The translations under genes were made by a program, and so were the position numbers. A DNA stretch of 64,000 nucleotides from Octopus vulgaris (Eukaryota). How positions within the stretch are numbered: position 1 is the stretch's first letter; every line of letters starts with the position of its first letter. The notes under the pieces were generated by a model. That model was given only the letters and a program-made list of their open reading frames with translations, made no database searches and had not been told where the DNA came from. Of the stretch, positions 49,131 through 64,000 are shown one piece after another. The stretch spans positions 31,868,001 through 31,932,000 of the forward strand of contig OX597836.1 of the NCBI GenBank assembly GCA_951406725.2. The letters are read 5' to 3'.

Positions 49131-50267
49131 GTGCTTTATTCTTGGATTGCTGGAGAATGAGGAATGATGCTCTATGGGTTATGAAATAAAAGATTCTGTA
49201 TTTCAAGCAACTAAGCATTTGAGCTTTTTCATGCTAAGCTGTTATGATGCTTTGAACTATTCAGTCTGTTTCAACTTTGGCTCAAATCACGAGATCCCCT
49301 TGATGGAAATTTCAAGTGTCACATTCAGTAATGTACCCCAGCATCATTAGGATTGGTTCCCTAAAAAACCAGATCCCTAAAAATTGGATCCCAAATAGAG
49401 GATTCTACCCAACAGTGCTGAGCTGAGACCCCTTTCAGTCATGACTGACCATGAGATTGCACCTAGAAAGTTACCCTCCCAGGCACAAGTCCGGGCAAGG
49501 TTATTTATGGAAGACCAGTAGTCACCCATGCATACTGGCCTCCCGTCTTCACACCACTGATATTATCCAAGGGAAAGGTAAGGGCTGATACAGATTGGCG
49601 CCAGTGATGTCACAACTCTTTTCTACAGCTGAGTGATGTGGAGCAATGTGAAATAAAGTCTCTTGCTCAAGAACACAACATGCAGCTCAGTCTGGGATTT
49701 GAACTCACAACCTCACGATCGTAAGCTCGATGCTCTAACCACTGAGCCATGTGCCTTCACTACCAATGGTAGAATTGTAAAATTCTTGTTCTTGTTTGTT
49801 CTACCTTTCTGCAGATTCAAACTTAAAATTGGATCCCTAATGGCACTACTGCAAAATTTAGACCAGTGCAACTATTTAATAACACAAAGAAATGGTTAAG
49901 AAACTTATGCTACATGCCACCAAGATTACTAATCTCATTTGGTGCACCAAACAACAGGCTTCAATTCTACTTTGAATTCCAATCAAACCAACAGATGTAC
50001 ACTTTTGATTTAGAAAATGTCAGTTTTCAGAACATTTAAACTTTGTTATTTCATTCAACAATTCTCAAGGGCCAACATCGACAGTTGCTGGACTGCATTT
50101 TGAAGAATACTACTTTGCTAATGGCTGATTTATACAGAATGCTCAAAAGTTAGAAGCCTCCATAATCTCTTTACTTATATCCCCCATTGGTAAATGCTAA
50201 AGTCATTGCATTTCTTGAAGTGCTGATATGACATTGTTCAAAATTGCTGAGGCTGTTATGGTTACAG

Positions 50268-50713
<446 letters not shown>

Positions 50714-51509
50714 TAAAATAAAACATACATATTGTGTACAGGACATCACCAACGAGTTAAAAATATGGAAACACACAAGAGAAGAAAACAGGACAAAACA
50801 CCAAAAGAAGGTAACTCCTCATCTGTTGTTGACTGCTTATTACTCCTATTTCATGCTTATATATAGTTGATTATATCGACTATGGTGCTCAACTGGTACT
50901 TATTTTATCGACCCCGAATGGATGAAAGACAAGGCCAACCTCGACAGATTTTGAACTCAGCATGGAAAGCGGACGTTAAACGATGATGATGATGAATGTA
51001 AAGACGGATGATATACCATTAAGTATTTTACCCTTCATACTAACGACTCTTCCAGCTCACCATCTTGTGTTCCAACAGAAAGTCTTTTCCCAAACTTAAT
51101 GTCTTTACTATCTGCCAGACTGTGATACTGAAAATAAAATAAATTTTCTTTTTCAACAAAAGCAACACTTTCTAACACTTGCTTCTAGTCACAAATTGTT
51201 TGATGCAGAAGATAAGAAGACAAGAAGGAAAATAAAGACATGTGTCTTATCTAACATTGTATTTACAGATGCCAGTTTGTCTGCATTTTGTTATTCACAC
51301 AAGCAGAAAGACCGCCCTCTGGGTGGTTTTCTGCTACTTGTTAAATGATATTTACACATTTGATTCTCAATTTGCACAATTTTCCTGATATGCTGTCTAA
51401 ATTTTGTTTGTATTATCCTATAATCATCTAATAGTACTCACATGCACAGTTAATTTTTTTTCTCATTATTTTATTGCCGTTTTATTTGTTCTCTTTTAAA
51501 CGATAAGTT

Positions 51510-52345
51510 CCAGTGTGACTGTGTGATAAGAGGCTTGCTTCCCAACCACATGGTTCTGGGTTCAGTCTCACTATGTAGCACTTTGGGCGAGTGTCTTCTT
51601 CTGTAGCTTCAGGCCAAGCAAGACCTTGTGAGTAGATTTGGTAAGATGGAAACTGTAAGAAGTCAAATAGAACTATAATGAGGTGGTGAGCTGGCAGAAA
51701 TGTTAGCACGCTGGGTGAAATGCTTAGCGGTATTTTGTCTGCCATTACGTTCTAAGTTCAAATTCTGCCAAGGTCGACTTTGTCTTTCATCCTTTTGGGG
51801 TCGATAAATTAAATACCAGTTACGTACTTGGGTCGATGTAATTGACTTAATTCATTTGTCTGTCCTTGTTTGTCCCCTCTATGTTTAGCCCCTTGTGGGC
51901 AATAAAGAAATATGAAACGTTAGCACACCGGGCAAAATGCTTAGCGGTATTTCATCTGCCGTTACGTTCTGAGTTCAAATTCTGCTGAGGTCAATTTTGC
52001 CTTTCATCCTTTCGGGGTCGATAAATTAAATACCAGTTACGTACTTGGGTCGATGTAATCGACTTAATCCCTTTGTCTGTCCTTGTTTGTCCCCTCTATG
52101 TTTAGCCCTTGTGGGCAATAAAGAAATAGGAAACTGTAAGAAGTCCATTGTGTTTGTCCCTGACCACCACTTGACAGCTGGTGTTGGTGTGTTTACATCC
52201 CTGTAACTTAGTGGTATGGCAAAAAATACTGATAGAATAAGTAACAGGCTTGAAAAAAAAATACTAGGTTTGATTCATCCAACTAAAAATTCTTCAAGGG
52301 GGTGCCCCAGCATGGCCACAGTCTTTTGACTGAAACAAGTAAAAT
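51510..52345 (+). mobile_element. Family A SINE interrupted by a family B dimer (51681-52128)
   Basis: GGAAACTGTAAGAAGTC is duplicated at 51648-51664 and 52129-52145. Confidence 0.85.
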
Positions 52346-52866
52346 AAAAAAAACCTGAAATGTAATCCATCCTCTTTGTGGTTGTTTAGTATGCAAGAAA
52401 TAGCAGGCATCACATTGGTATATTCTAAGGTAGTAGTTCCCAAATTTTTACAGGCTGCTGCCCTCTTGACACACTGGCCACATTCCTAGTGCTTCCCCCT
52501 TACCACTACAAACGTTGACCACTTTCTAATGGAAATTCAATACAACTGTGTTTCACAAACAATCGACTTAAACTAATTAACGCATTACTCTTTACTCTTT
52601 TACTTGTTTCAGTTATTTGAGCACCGCCTTTAGTTGAGCAAATCAACCCCAGGACTTATTCTGTGTAAACTAGTACTTATTCTTTCGATCGCTTTTGCTG
52701 AACCGTGAAGTTACGGGGGACATCCAGCACATAGAAAAGCACCCAGGAAGGGCATCCAGTCATAGAAACTATTGCACAACAGAGAAATGGATCCTGGTAT
52801 AGCTCTCCATCTTACTAGCTCCTGTTAAAATGTCTAACTCATACCAGCATGGAAAATGGACGTTAA

Positions 52867-53242
52867 ATGATGATGAAGATGATGATGAAGATGATGACGC
52901 CAGCAACGATAATGATGATGAGGATGATGATGATGATGAGGAGGATGATGATGATGATGATTAGGATGATGACAGCAGTGATGATGATGATGATGATGAT
53001 GACGATGACGACGACAACAACGATGATGATGATGACGACGATGACAATGCTGCTGCTGATGATGATGAAAGCAACGAGGATAATGATGATGATGATGACA
53101 ACGATAGCAATGATGATGCTGATGAAGATGATGATGAGGATGATGATGATGACAACAATGCTGCTGCTGTTGCTGATGATGACGATAACTATGATGAGGA
53201 TGATGATGACGATGACAATGATGATGATGATGGTGGTGATGA
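52867..53242. repeat. (GAT)n-derived array, the expanded tail of a family D element
   Basis: Follows GGACGTTAAATGATG. Confidence 0.95.
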
Positions 53243-53649
53243 TTTCCTTCTATTTCATTAAATGATATTAATGTTAAATTACTCGATATACATCGCATAA
53301 TTAAGCAAACCTGTATTTGAAACTTAAAACAAAATTTGCTGTTTCAAAATGTCCAATTTACAAAATAAAAATATCCAAAACTGAGATGGGTTCCAACAAA
53401 AAAATTCTTCGCTCAAACATTTATTTTCCTGTAAAAAGGTGAAACCGAAACGAATTAGGAAATGATTTGAAATAGTTTTGTGATTAAATATCATTCCTGT
53501 CATTTTTCAACATTATCGTTAAACACATTTAGTTAACTTATTAAGCGAGCAGTGATTTAAAATGAAATGTTTCTTATTAAACAAAAACAAAACAAACGAA
53601 CAAATATTCGTAATCAATCGAAAATATGATTATTTATTTGAAAGCTTTA

Positions 53650-53997
53650 TCATCATCAACATCATCGTCATTATCGTCATCACCATCATCACTGCCACCA
53701 CCGTCATCGTCATTTAACATCGTCATCATCATATTGAGGATCATCATCATTTATCATCATCATCATCATCTAACATCATGATGATTATCATTATCATCAT
53801 CATCATCATCATCAACATCTAACACCATCATCATTATTTATCATCATCATCATCATTTAACATTATCATCATCGCTGTCATCGCATCTTTATCATCATCA
53901 TCGTCATCATCATCATCATCATCATTAACATTTAACACCATCATCATTATTTATCATCATCATCATTGCCGTCATCATCATCATCATCATCATCATT

Positions 53998-54038
<41 letters not shown>

Positions 54039-54288
54039 AATCGTCGTAATCGTCATCATCATCATCATTAAGATTTAACACACTCATCATTATTTATCAT
54101 CATCATCATCGCCGTCATCATCACCATCATCGTCGTCGTCATCGTCATCATCATCATCATTAACATTTAACACCATCATCATTATTTATCCTCATCATCA
54201 TCGGCGTCATCATCATCATCATCATTTAATATTATCATTATCACCATTGTCATCCTCATTATCATTTAACATCATGATCATGATCATC

Positions 54289-54325
<37 letters not shown>

Positions 54326-54440
54326 CTATTTAACATTATCATCATCACCATTTTCATCAGCATTATCATTTAATATTATGATCATCATGATCATCATCGT
54401 CATCATCATTATCATTTAACATCATTATGATCATCATCAT
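53650..54440. repeat. (CAT)n-derived array with recurring TTTAACA punctuation; tail of an opposite-strand family D-like element
   Basis: Seen directly; followed by CCATGCTGGTGTAGGTTGGATGG. Confidence 0.93.
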
Positions 54441-56289
54441 TTAACATGCACATGCCATGCTGGTGTAGGTTGGATGGTTTGACAGAGTCCAATGATGCCA
54501 AGGTCTGCATTGTGCTCTGATGTCTCTTTCGGATGGTTTCTGCAGCTCGATGCCCCTTCTCGAATACCAACAACCACATTCTTAGCATGAAAAAATGTTT
54601 CCGAAAGTCATGGGAGCTGTGCTGTTTTCTGACTTTGTAAATATGTCCTCAGGTGTTAGACAGGTGGGAGTTTGAAAAGGTGCTCAGAGATATTGTTAGT
54701 AAGATGGTTAATAATTTTATGGGTGTCTGCCATGTCAGGATATCAGTCCATCAAGTCCATCATAGGGCTCCTGTTTACAGTTCAATGAACTGGAGCAATA
54801 TGAAATTAAATATTTTGTTTAAGAAAACTGTGGGTCTGGGAATTGAACCCATGATCTAACAATCATGGGTGCAACACCCGAACCCAAGGCCACATGTTTT
54901 CATATGCAAGTGCATATAATACAAATAAATGCAGTATTAATGCATCTATGTGAGAATTCTCTCTTTGTATATTGAGGTGAAGGAGTGTCAGAGAGTGAAT
55001 GTAAGTGTGAGAAAGTGTATCTGAGTGAATAGCAATACTGTTTCAACAACAATTGGTGCCTGTCATTGAAACAACTTAATTTAAATATTTAAATTCAGTT
55101 TTTTTTTAGTCTAGGACATTTACCCCTCTCCCTTCTCGCCCATGGACAATAACCTCCAAAGACAATTACCTCTGGAGACAACAACCCCATAGGACAATTA
55201 CCCCCTAGGACAATTACCTCTAAGCAGTTAACCCCACCCCATGTGTACCGTATTTTTTGGTATATAAGCCACTATTTTTTACCTGGGAAATTTAATGTGG
55301 CTTAGAGAAAGGTGTGCCTAATGTCTCTTTTTTCCTTTTACTTGTTTCAGCCATTTGACTGTGGTCGTGCTGGAGCACCGCCTTTAGTCAAGCAAATCAA
55401 CCCCGGGACTTATTCTTTGGAAGCCTAGTACTTATTCTATCGGCCTCTTTTGCCAAACTGCTAAGTTACGGGAGCATAAACACACTAGCATCGGCTGTCA
55501 AGCAATGTTGTGAAGACAAATACAAACACACAAACATATACACATCATCCATATATATATATCATCATCATCATCATCATCATCATTTAGCGTCCGTTTA
55601 TATGCATATATATATATATGTATATTTTTTTCATTTTATCTAGTTTCAGCTCACGAGCTGTGGCCATGCTGGGGCACCGCCATTCGTCGTATGTATATAT
55701 ATATATGCGACAGGCTTCCTTCAGTTTCTGTCTACCAAATCTACACACAACGCTTTGGTTGGCCCGAGACCTTAGTAGAAGACACTTGCCCAAGGTGCCA
55801 CGCAGTGGGAATGAACCCAGAACCATGTGGTTGGTAATGGTGATGATGATGATGATGATGATGATGGTGAAGATGATCATGATCAGGCTGAGGATGTTGA
55901 TGATGTTAGTGAAGATGTTGATGATGAAGATGATGATAAAGGTAATGATGATGATGATGGTGAAGATGATAATGATGATGATAATGAAGAGGAGGAGGGA
56001 GAGGGAAATGATGATGATGATGAAGACGACGACGACGATGATGATGGGGATAATCATGATGATGATGATGATGATGAAGTCAACTGAGATCAACTTTGCT
56101 TGTCCTCATTCTGGGGTGTGATAAAATAAATAGCAGTGGAACACTGTGGGGCGGTGGTGGGGGTCAATGTAATTGATTTACTCCCTCCCACCAAAATTGT
56201 TAGCCAGGTGCCAAAGTTTGAAACCACTATTAATTGTTAAAACTGACGAAGGATCCATTAACTAATTACATGTGTGAGTGCTTCTTTGC

Positions 56290-56765
56290 ATATGTATGTG
56301 TGTGTGTACAGGTGTGTGTGTGTGTGTGGGGGCGTTTGAGTGTGTTTGTGCGTATGTGTGTGTATGTATGTGTATGTGTGTGCCTGTGTGTGCATGTACG
56401 TTTGTGTATGTGTATGTGTCTGTGTGTGCATGTGTGTATCTATATGTGTGTGTGCGTTTATGTGCTTGTGCATGTGCATGTTTGTGTATGTGTGTATGTG
56501 TGTGCGTGTGTGTGCGTTTGTGTGTGTGCTTTTGTGTGTGTGCCTTTGTGTTTGTGTGTGTGCGTTTGTGTGTGTGCATTTGTGTGTGTGCGTTTGTGTG
56601 TGTGCATTTGTGTGTATGTATGTGTGTGTATGTGTGTATGTGTATGTGTATGTGTGCATGTGTGTACGTGTGTGTAAGTGTCTGTATGTGTATGTGTATA
56701 TATGTCTGTGTGTGTTTGTGTGTGTGTACATATGTGTCTATGTGTATGTGTGTATGTTTGTATGC

Positions 56766-56805
<40 letters not shown>
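56290..56805. repeat. Degenerate (TG)n microsatellite ending in (TA)n
   Basis: Seen directly. Confidence 0.96.
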
Positions 56806-56806
<1 letters not shown>

Positions 56807-57252
56807 ACATTATCTACCAAAACAGTGATGACCACTATCAATCAGGCTATTACTTTTCAAATTAATTAGAAACAAATTAAGAATAATTACATACACATTA
56901 ATCATATTCACTCATACAAAAGCCACCACCAGTGCCCCAAAATATGGCATAATGGATATTTACAGATTACAGTGAAAGGTTTACAAAATGGTAATATTGA
57001 ACATCTGTTTGGCTTAAGAACTGGCTCAATATTTCTTCCCTTGGCATTCCCCACCACTTCCATTTGTATTTTCTTCTTTTCATAAGCATCATAGTCAATT
57101 TATATGCTGAGATTTTAATGTCTTTATTACATTGGAAACAGTTAATGAATTCAGATTGCATTTCTGCAGCAAATTCAAATTTTAATCTCTTTCAAATCCT
57201 TTTGGTCTTCAAAAAATAAATAAATAATAATAAAATGGATGAAATACCAATA

Positions 57253-57645
57253 TAGGCATAGGAGTGGCTGTGTGGTAAGTAGCTTGCTTACCAACCACAT
57301 GGTTCCGGGTTCAGTCCAACTGCGTGGCACCTTTTAGTATAGCCTTGGGCCGACCAAAGCCTTGTGAGAGGATTTGGTAGATGGAAACTGAAAGAAGCCC
57401 ATCGTATACATGTATATATATATATATATGTATATGTTTGTGTGTTTGTGTTTGTTTGTCCCCCAACATCGCTTGACAACCAATGGTGGTTTGTTAACAT
57501 CTCCGTAACTTAGCAGTTTGGCAAAAGAGACCGATAGAATAAGTACTGGACTTACAAAGAATAAGTCCTGGGATCGATTTGCTCAACTAAAGGCGGTGCT
57601 TCAGCATGGCCACAGTCAAATGACTGAAACAAGTAAAAGAGAAAA
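57253..57645 (+). mobile_element. SINE family A
   Basis: Head, body and tail are all present. Confidence 0.88.
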
Positions 57646-57970
57646 TAAAAAGGAAGAAAAAGAGACATAAATAAACATTTAGTTTTTAAAAAAAAATTAG
57701 AAGTGTGCTGGAAGGGGGAGAGAGCTTCATCCTCACCCTTGTTTGTCCTCATTTTCCTCCTCCTCATCATCGTCATTGTCATCATCATCGTAGTGTCCTC
57801 ATCATCATAGTGTCCTCATCATTAGTGTCCTCCTCCTCCTCCTCCTCCTCCTCTTCATTATCATCATCATCATCATTGCCATCATCATCATCGTAGTGAC
57901 ATCATCATCATCATTGCTATCATCCTCATCATAGTGTTATCATCACCATCACCGTCATCACCATCATCAC

Positions 57971-58005
<35 letters not shown>

Positions 58006-58023
58006 CCACCATCCTCAGCACCA

Positions 58024-58055
<32 letters not shown>

Positions 58056-58428
58056 TTGCTGTTATTGTCGTCGACATTATCATTGACATTATCTGTCATC
58101 ATCATCATCATTGTTTTAATGTCCAGTTTCCCATGTTTGCATAGTTTGGATGGAGTTTGCTTAGGCAAATTTTCCTACAGCTGGATGCCCTTCCTGTCAC
58201 CAACCCTTACCTGCTTCCAAGTAACATAGTATTTATTCTCCAATGCCAAACATGATTTTGGCAGAATACTAGAAATGAATGACACTGCTTGTATGACAGT
58301 GACACTCATTTACAACCATCATGCGATGTCAAGACAAAGAAACACAAACGTACATGTGTTCACACACACACATACACACATTCAAACACACACACAGACA
58401 CACACAAACACACACACACAAACACACA

Positions 58429-58475
<47 letters not shown>

Positions 58476-58844
58476 ACCCACACACACACACACACACACA
58501 CAAGCACACACGCACAATGGGCTCTCTTTAGGTTTCCATCTACCACCTCCATTCACAAGGCTTTGGTCAGCCTGATGACACTTGCCCAAGGTGCCATTTC
58601 TTAAATTACTAAATCCCTCCAAATTCTTGATTATTTTCAAAATGAATTGAAGTCCATCAGCAACATATTCAATTAGAAGCAGGATAGCAAAAATATTAAT
58701 TAACTTCGTTTAATTTTGTAATTTCAGAATGCCCTGAAGGGGTTTTCTAAATTATCCTTGAATTTCCTTAATCTGGCAGACAATTGTCTGTGAGTAAACA
58801 TTCCCTTTAAGCGACCACGCCATTATGTTGTTCTCAGATTCTTT

Positions 58845-59238
58845 TATTTTTTTATTCTTTTATTTGTTTCAGTCATTTGACTGTGGCCATGCTGGAGCAT
58901 CACCTTTAGTCGAACAAATCGTCCCCAGCACTTACTCTTTGTAAGCCTAGTACTTATTCTGTCGGTTTCTTTTGCTGAGCCGCTAAGTTATGAAGACATA
59001 AACACACCAGCATCGGTTGTCAAGTGATGGTGGCTTGGACAAACACAGATGCACATACACACACACAGACACACACATATATACGATGGGCTTCTTTCAG
59101 TTTCCGTCTACCAAATCCACTCACAAGGTTTTGGTCGGCAAGATGCTATAGTAGAAGGCACTTGTCCAAGGTGCCATGCAGTGGGACTGAACCCAGAACC
59201 ATGTGGTTGGTAAGCAAGTTACTTACCACACAACCACA
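58845..59238 (-). mobile_element. SINE family A
   Basis: Reverse complement of the family consensus. Confidence 0.88.
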
Positions 59239-59484
59239 TTCTTCCTCTGGTGTCTTTAATGAAATCCATTTTATAGCAATAATCTGAACCAGATCTTTAT
59301 TCTGAAGGTTCATGCTTCCTATTGCAGCAACTTATGAACTGCATTTTTAAGAATATTGTTTTTAATATTTGTTCAACTAAATCCTTCTAAGTTTATAATC
59401 GTACTGCTCCAGCATGGCCATGATCCAGTGACTAAAACTAGTAAAACACAAATGACAACTTTTGAAATAATCAAGACTGATATT

Positions 59485-60590
59485 GGTTTCAAATTTTGGC
59501 ACAAGGCCAGCAATTTTGAGGGAAGGGGTAAGCCAATAACATGGACCCCAGTGTTTCACTGGTATTTATTGATCCCAAAAAGATGAAAGGCAAAGTTGAC
59601 CTTGGCAGAATTTGAACTCAAGCGTAATGATGGAAGAAGTACTGCTAAGCATTTTGTCTGACATACTGACAATTCTTTTCTACTCTAGGCATAAGGCCTG
59701 AAATTTTGGGGTAGAAGTCCAGTTGATTAGATCGACCTCAGTATTCTACAGGCACTTAATTTATCAACTCCAAAAGAATGAAAGGTAAAGTCAACCTTGG
59801 CGGAATTTTAACTCAGAATGTAAAGACAGACAAAATACCGCTAAGCACTTTGCCCAGCGTGCTAACAATTCTGCCAGCTCACCACCTTAAATATCATTCT
59901 TTTCTACTCTAGGAACAAGGACCGAAATTTTGGGGGAGGTGGAGGCCAGTCGATTAGATGTACCTCAGCACGCAACTGGTACTTAATTTATCAACCCCAA
60001 AAGGATGAAAAGCAAAGTTGACCTTAGTAGAATTTGAAACACAGAATGTAAAGACAAACGAAATTCCACTAAGCATTTCATCTGGCATGCTAATGTTTCT
60101 TCCAGCTCACTGCCTTAAAATGATATTCTTTTCTACTCTAGACACAAGGCCCAAAAATTTTGGTAAGAGGACCAACATTTCTTATTTCTTTACTGCCCAC
60201 AAGGGGCTACACACAGAGGGGACAAACAAGGACAGACAAACGGATTAAATCGATTATATCGACCCCAGTGCATAACCGGTACTTATTTAATAAACCCCAA
60301 AAGGATGAAAGGCAAAGTCGACCTTGGCGGAATTTGAACTCAGAACGTAACGGCAGACGAAATACCGCTAAGCATTTTGCCCGGCGTGCTAACGTTTCTG
60401 CCAGATCACTGACTTAAGCAAGAACATGACATTTGCCTTCAAATTCTGGCACAAAGCCAGCAATTTCAGGTGGTGCTGGTGGTGGTTGATTACATCGACC
60501 CCAGTACTCAACCGGTACTTATTTCACCAGCCCCGAAAGAATGAAAAGCAAAGTCAACCTCAGTGGAATTTGAACTTAAAGCATAAAGAC
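59485..60590 (-). mobile_element. Pile-up of at least five co-oriented family B SINEs with three tail types
   Basis: GATGAAAGGCAAAGT-like domain near 59582, 59778, 60004, 60304 and 60540. Confidence 0.88.
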
Positions 60591-61348
60591 TGCCGAGTAC
60601 AAGAATATAATATTAAAATCCTGTGATGTGTTCAAGAGTTTTGCGTTACCATATTTCTTATAAATAATTCTGTTCCTTTCGTAATTGTTATTTTCTTTAT
60701 ACACAAATACATTTTTATTCAAACAGTAAGGAATTTAAAACTAATATCGCTTTGTTCTTTAAGTTATTATTTACTTTGTATTTATATATTTCTTTACTTT
60801 ATTTTAAATTTTTCTGATATTTCTTCAAACAATGCTGACTGGAAATATATTTTGTCAAAATACAAAAAAAGAAAAAAAAAATAGGAAGGAAAGAAAAAAA
60901 AATGGTGAAATGTTTTGTTTGAAATTTTTGGTTAAGTTCTCTATTATAATTTCTTTTCTTTTGGTATTTTCGTGCTGAAGCATTTAAATTATTGAACGTT
61001 GCAAGAATATTAAAGAAATGGTTACTTCTGTGGCAGAGAATCCAAACAAAATTTCTCTGCCCACTTTTGAATGACAAAACATTTACAGGCCGTGAACTGG
61101 TAAAATTCTCGGAGCATTGGAGAAAATTATCCTCCTCCTCCTCCTCCTCCTCCTCCTCATCATCATCATTATCATTTTAGTATCCACTTTTCCATGTTAG
61201 CACAGGGTCGAATGGAATTTGTTAAGACAGGTTTTACATGTGCTGTTACCTCTCCTATCACCAACCCTCGCCTAATTATAAAGGAGGTCATATTTTCCCC
61301 AAGGCCAAACATGTTTTATCTTTTCCATAGAAGACTAGAATGTGTGTA

Positions 61349-61645
61349 TCTCTCTATATATAAACGGCAGTTTGTCTGTCTGTGTGTCTGTCAGGTTGTA
61401 CCCTCACCCTGACCACGGCTTTCAACCGATTCTGATGAAACTTGACACACACATAGCCCAATGTCATAATTCAAAACTAACGCAGTGAAAATTTTGAAAA
61501 GTTCCCCCAGTTCTGAAAAAATCGATAAATTAGACATGGGGTCGAGAATCTAAACTTTTTATATGCAACACATTTTCTGTTGTAGTTTTCGCAACTTGCA
61601 ATCGATTTTCACTAAACTCATGGTGAAGCTTATTGTTACCCTAAG
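61349..61645 (+). mobile_element. Non-autonomous Helitron-like fragment
   Basis: A|TCTCTCTATATATAAA 5' end, GTCT microsatellite, AACCGATTCTGATGAAACTTGACAC core typical of DINE/Helitron-type elements. No clear 3' CTAG hairpin. Confidence 0.55.
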
Positions 61646-61648
61646 AAC

Positions 61649-61679
<31 letters not shown>

Positions 61680-62394
61680 TGTATGTATTCTTTTACTTGT
61701 TTCAGTCATTTGATTATGGCCATGCTGGGGCACTGCATTTAGCTGAAGAAATCGACCCCAGGACATATTCTGTTGGTCTCTTTTGCTGAATCCCCAAGTT
61801 ATGAGGATGTGAACACACCGACATCGGTTGTCTAGCAATGGTGGGGAGGGAACAAACACAGACACACACATACAAATATATATATATATATATATATATA
61901 ATGAGATTCTTTCAGTTTCCATCTACCAAATACACTCACAAGGCTTTGCCATGCAGTGGGACTGAACCTGGAACCATGTGGTTGGTAAGCAAGCTACTTA
62001 CCACACAGCAACTCACTTGTTTACAGCTATCAAACAATGTCATGATATGGAGACACTAACAAAACTGTCAACAACTAACCCAGTCACCTTCTAAAACCTC
62101 ACTAGCAAGGGTATAAATTGAGTGTTGTTCCCAAACTGGGATCAAGATTGATGGTGGAAAATTATGTTGTGACACACTGACAGACTTAGGATACAGATGA
62201 CAGCCATTCTATCATCTATCATGATGCTTTCTAAAAGTGAAAACTGTGGCCAAAAGACGATAAGGATCTTTTGGTTTGAGGGTTAACCTATAAAAGAACT
62301 CTTGAAATGCATTAATTTCTGTGTAAATTTGCATAAATCAATTTTGACTCAAGATTATAATCTAACCACTAATTATTCTGACTTGAGCAGTTTG

Positions 62395-63043
<649 letters not shown>

Positions 63044-63556
63044 ATTGTTCCATGCAAACTTCAAGCAGCTAAGGGACTGGAATATCAACTTTGGAAAATT
63101 CTTTGTTCTTGTGATTATCTTGTATGAGCCAGCTTTAATTGTCATTTAGTTATTGTGGCGTGTCTTTGAGAGGCGAAGATAATTTTAATAAATTTAGCTA
63201 ATATGTCATGGGAATACAATTAGAATAAATAAGATGTGAATAGGCTGAAAAAGGAGATATAAGGTGGGAAGAGAAGAGCCTAGGAGTAATGCTGAAGACA
63301 AAAGAAGAAAAAAATAACGAGAGAAGTTGCTAGAAGGTGTATAATGAAATAATCATGAATTAAAAAAATTTACACTAAAGGTAGTTTTGTTAATATATAT
63401 TTTTTGGCAGCCTCTCTTTCTCTCTTGCTCTTTCTCCCTCTTGCCCTGTCTCTCACTGTCCTTGTGTGTTTGTGTGTGTCTGTGTATATACATACATACA
63501 AGCATGTATACATATATACATATATACATACATACAAGCATGCATAGATACATACA

Positions 63557-63588
<32 letters not shown>

Positions 63589-64000
63589 GTGAATTACATA
63601 CAAAGAGGGAAAATGCACAGAAATGTATGCCTGAATGTCTTCTAAACTGTCTTGCTTTGCAAAACTGTGTAACATATTTGCCCAGGTGTATGTCATACTG
63701 ATGATTTCAAATAAGAATGAAATGATGCTATACATGGGCAACTATCAATAAAAAATATCTAAGCTGTATGTAATGAATAAAAAGGAAAATATCAAAAATG
63801 AATATTCTGTACAAGTTCTCTTTGGTTTAAAACTCAAATTTCTATCCCTGCCATGGTTTAATTAACAATAATTATCTCCTTTACAATAGCTGCTGCTAGG
63901 GTACCACATGTATACGTTTTTTAGTTTTTATGTTTTGTTTGTTTCAGGCATTTGAATATGGACATGCTGGAGCAATGCCTTGGTGGGTTTAGTTGAACAA

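Noticed and set aside
61431-61445. CTGATGAAAC as a hammerhead core
   Set aside because: There is no stem II between CUGAUGA and GAAA; it is part of a Helitron-like core motif.

Overview
AT-rich, repeat-dense eukaryotic DNA. The SINE families and microsatellite load resemble an octopus (coleoid cephalopod) genome; this is an inference from recognition, not a database result. I found no intact host protein-coding gene, and nearly all ORFs in the track are microsatellite or SINE translations. Protein-coding signal comes only from transposons: a 5'-truncated, nearly intact R4/Dong-type non-LTR element in a (TAA)n array (16207-18106), two copies of one internally deleted mariner, and decayed MULE and Gypsy (gag, RNase H, integrase) relics. 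There are dozens of SINE copies from about four families, plus piggyBac-, hAT-, pogo-, mariner- and Helitron-type non-autonomous elements, a nested 1.2/1.87 kb tandem duplication and a 66-bp minisatellite. The most interesting signal is a set of minimal type I hammerhead ribozyme motifs. One well-formed motif lies in the loop of a ~96-bp inverted repeat (44589-44641). Another belongs to a multi-copy element that joins a tRNA-like Pol III head to a hammerhead (copies near 1.2, 19.8 and 35.8 kb), which suggests a retrozyme-like or Penelope-dependent SINE. One SINE family also inserts repeatedly at RGAAAY sites in other SINEs and in itself.
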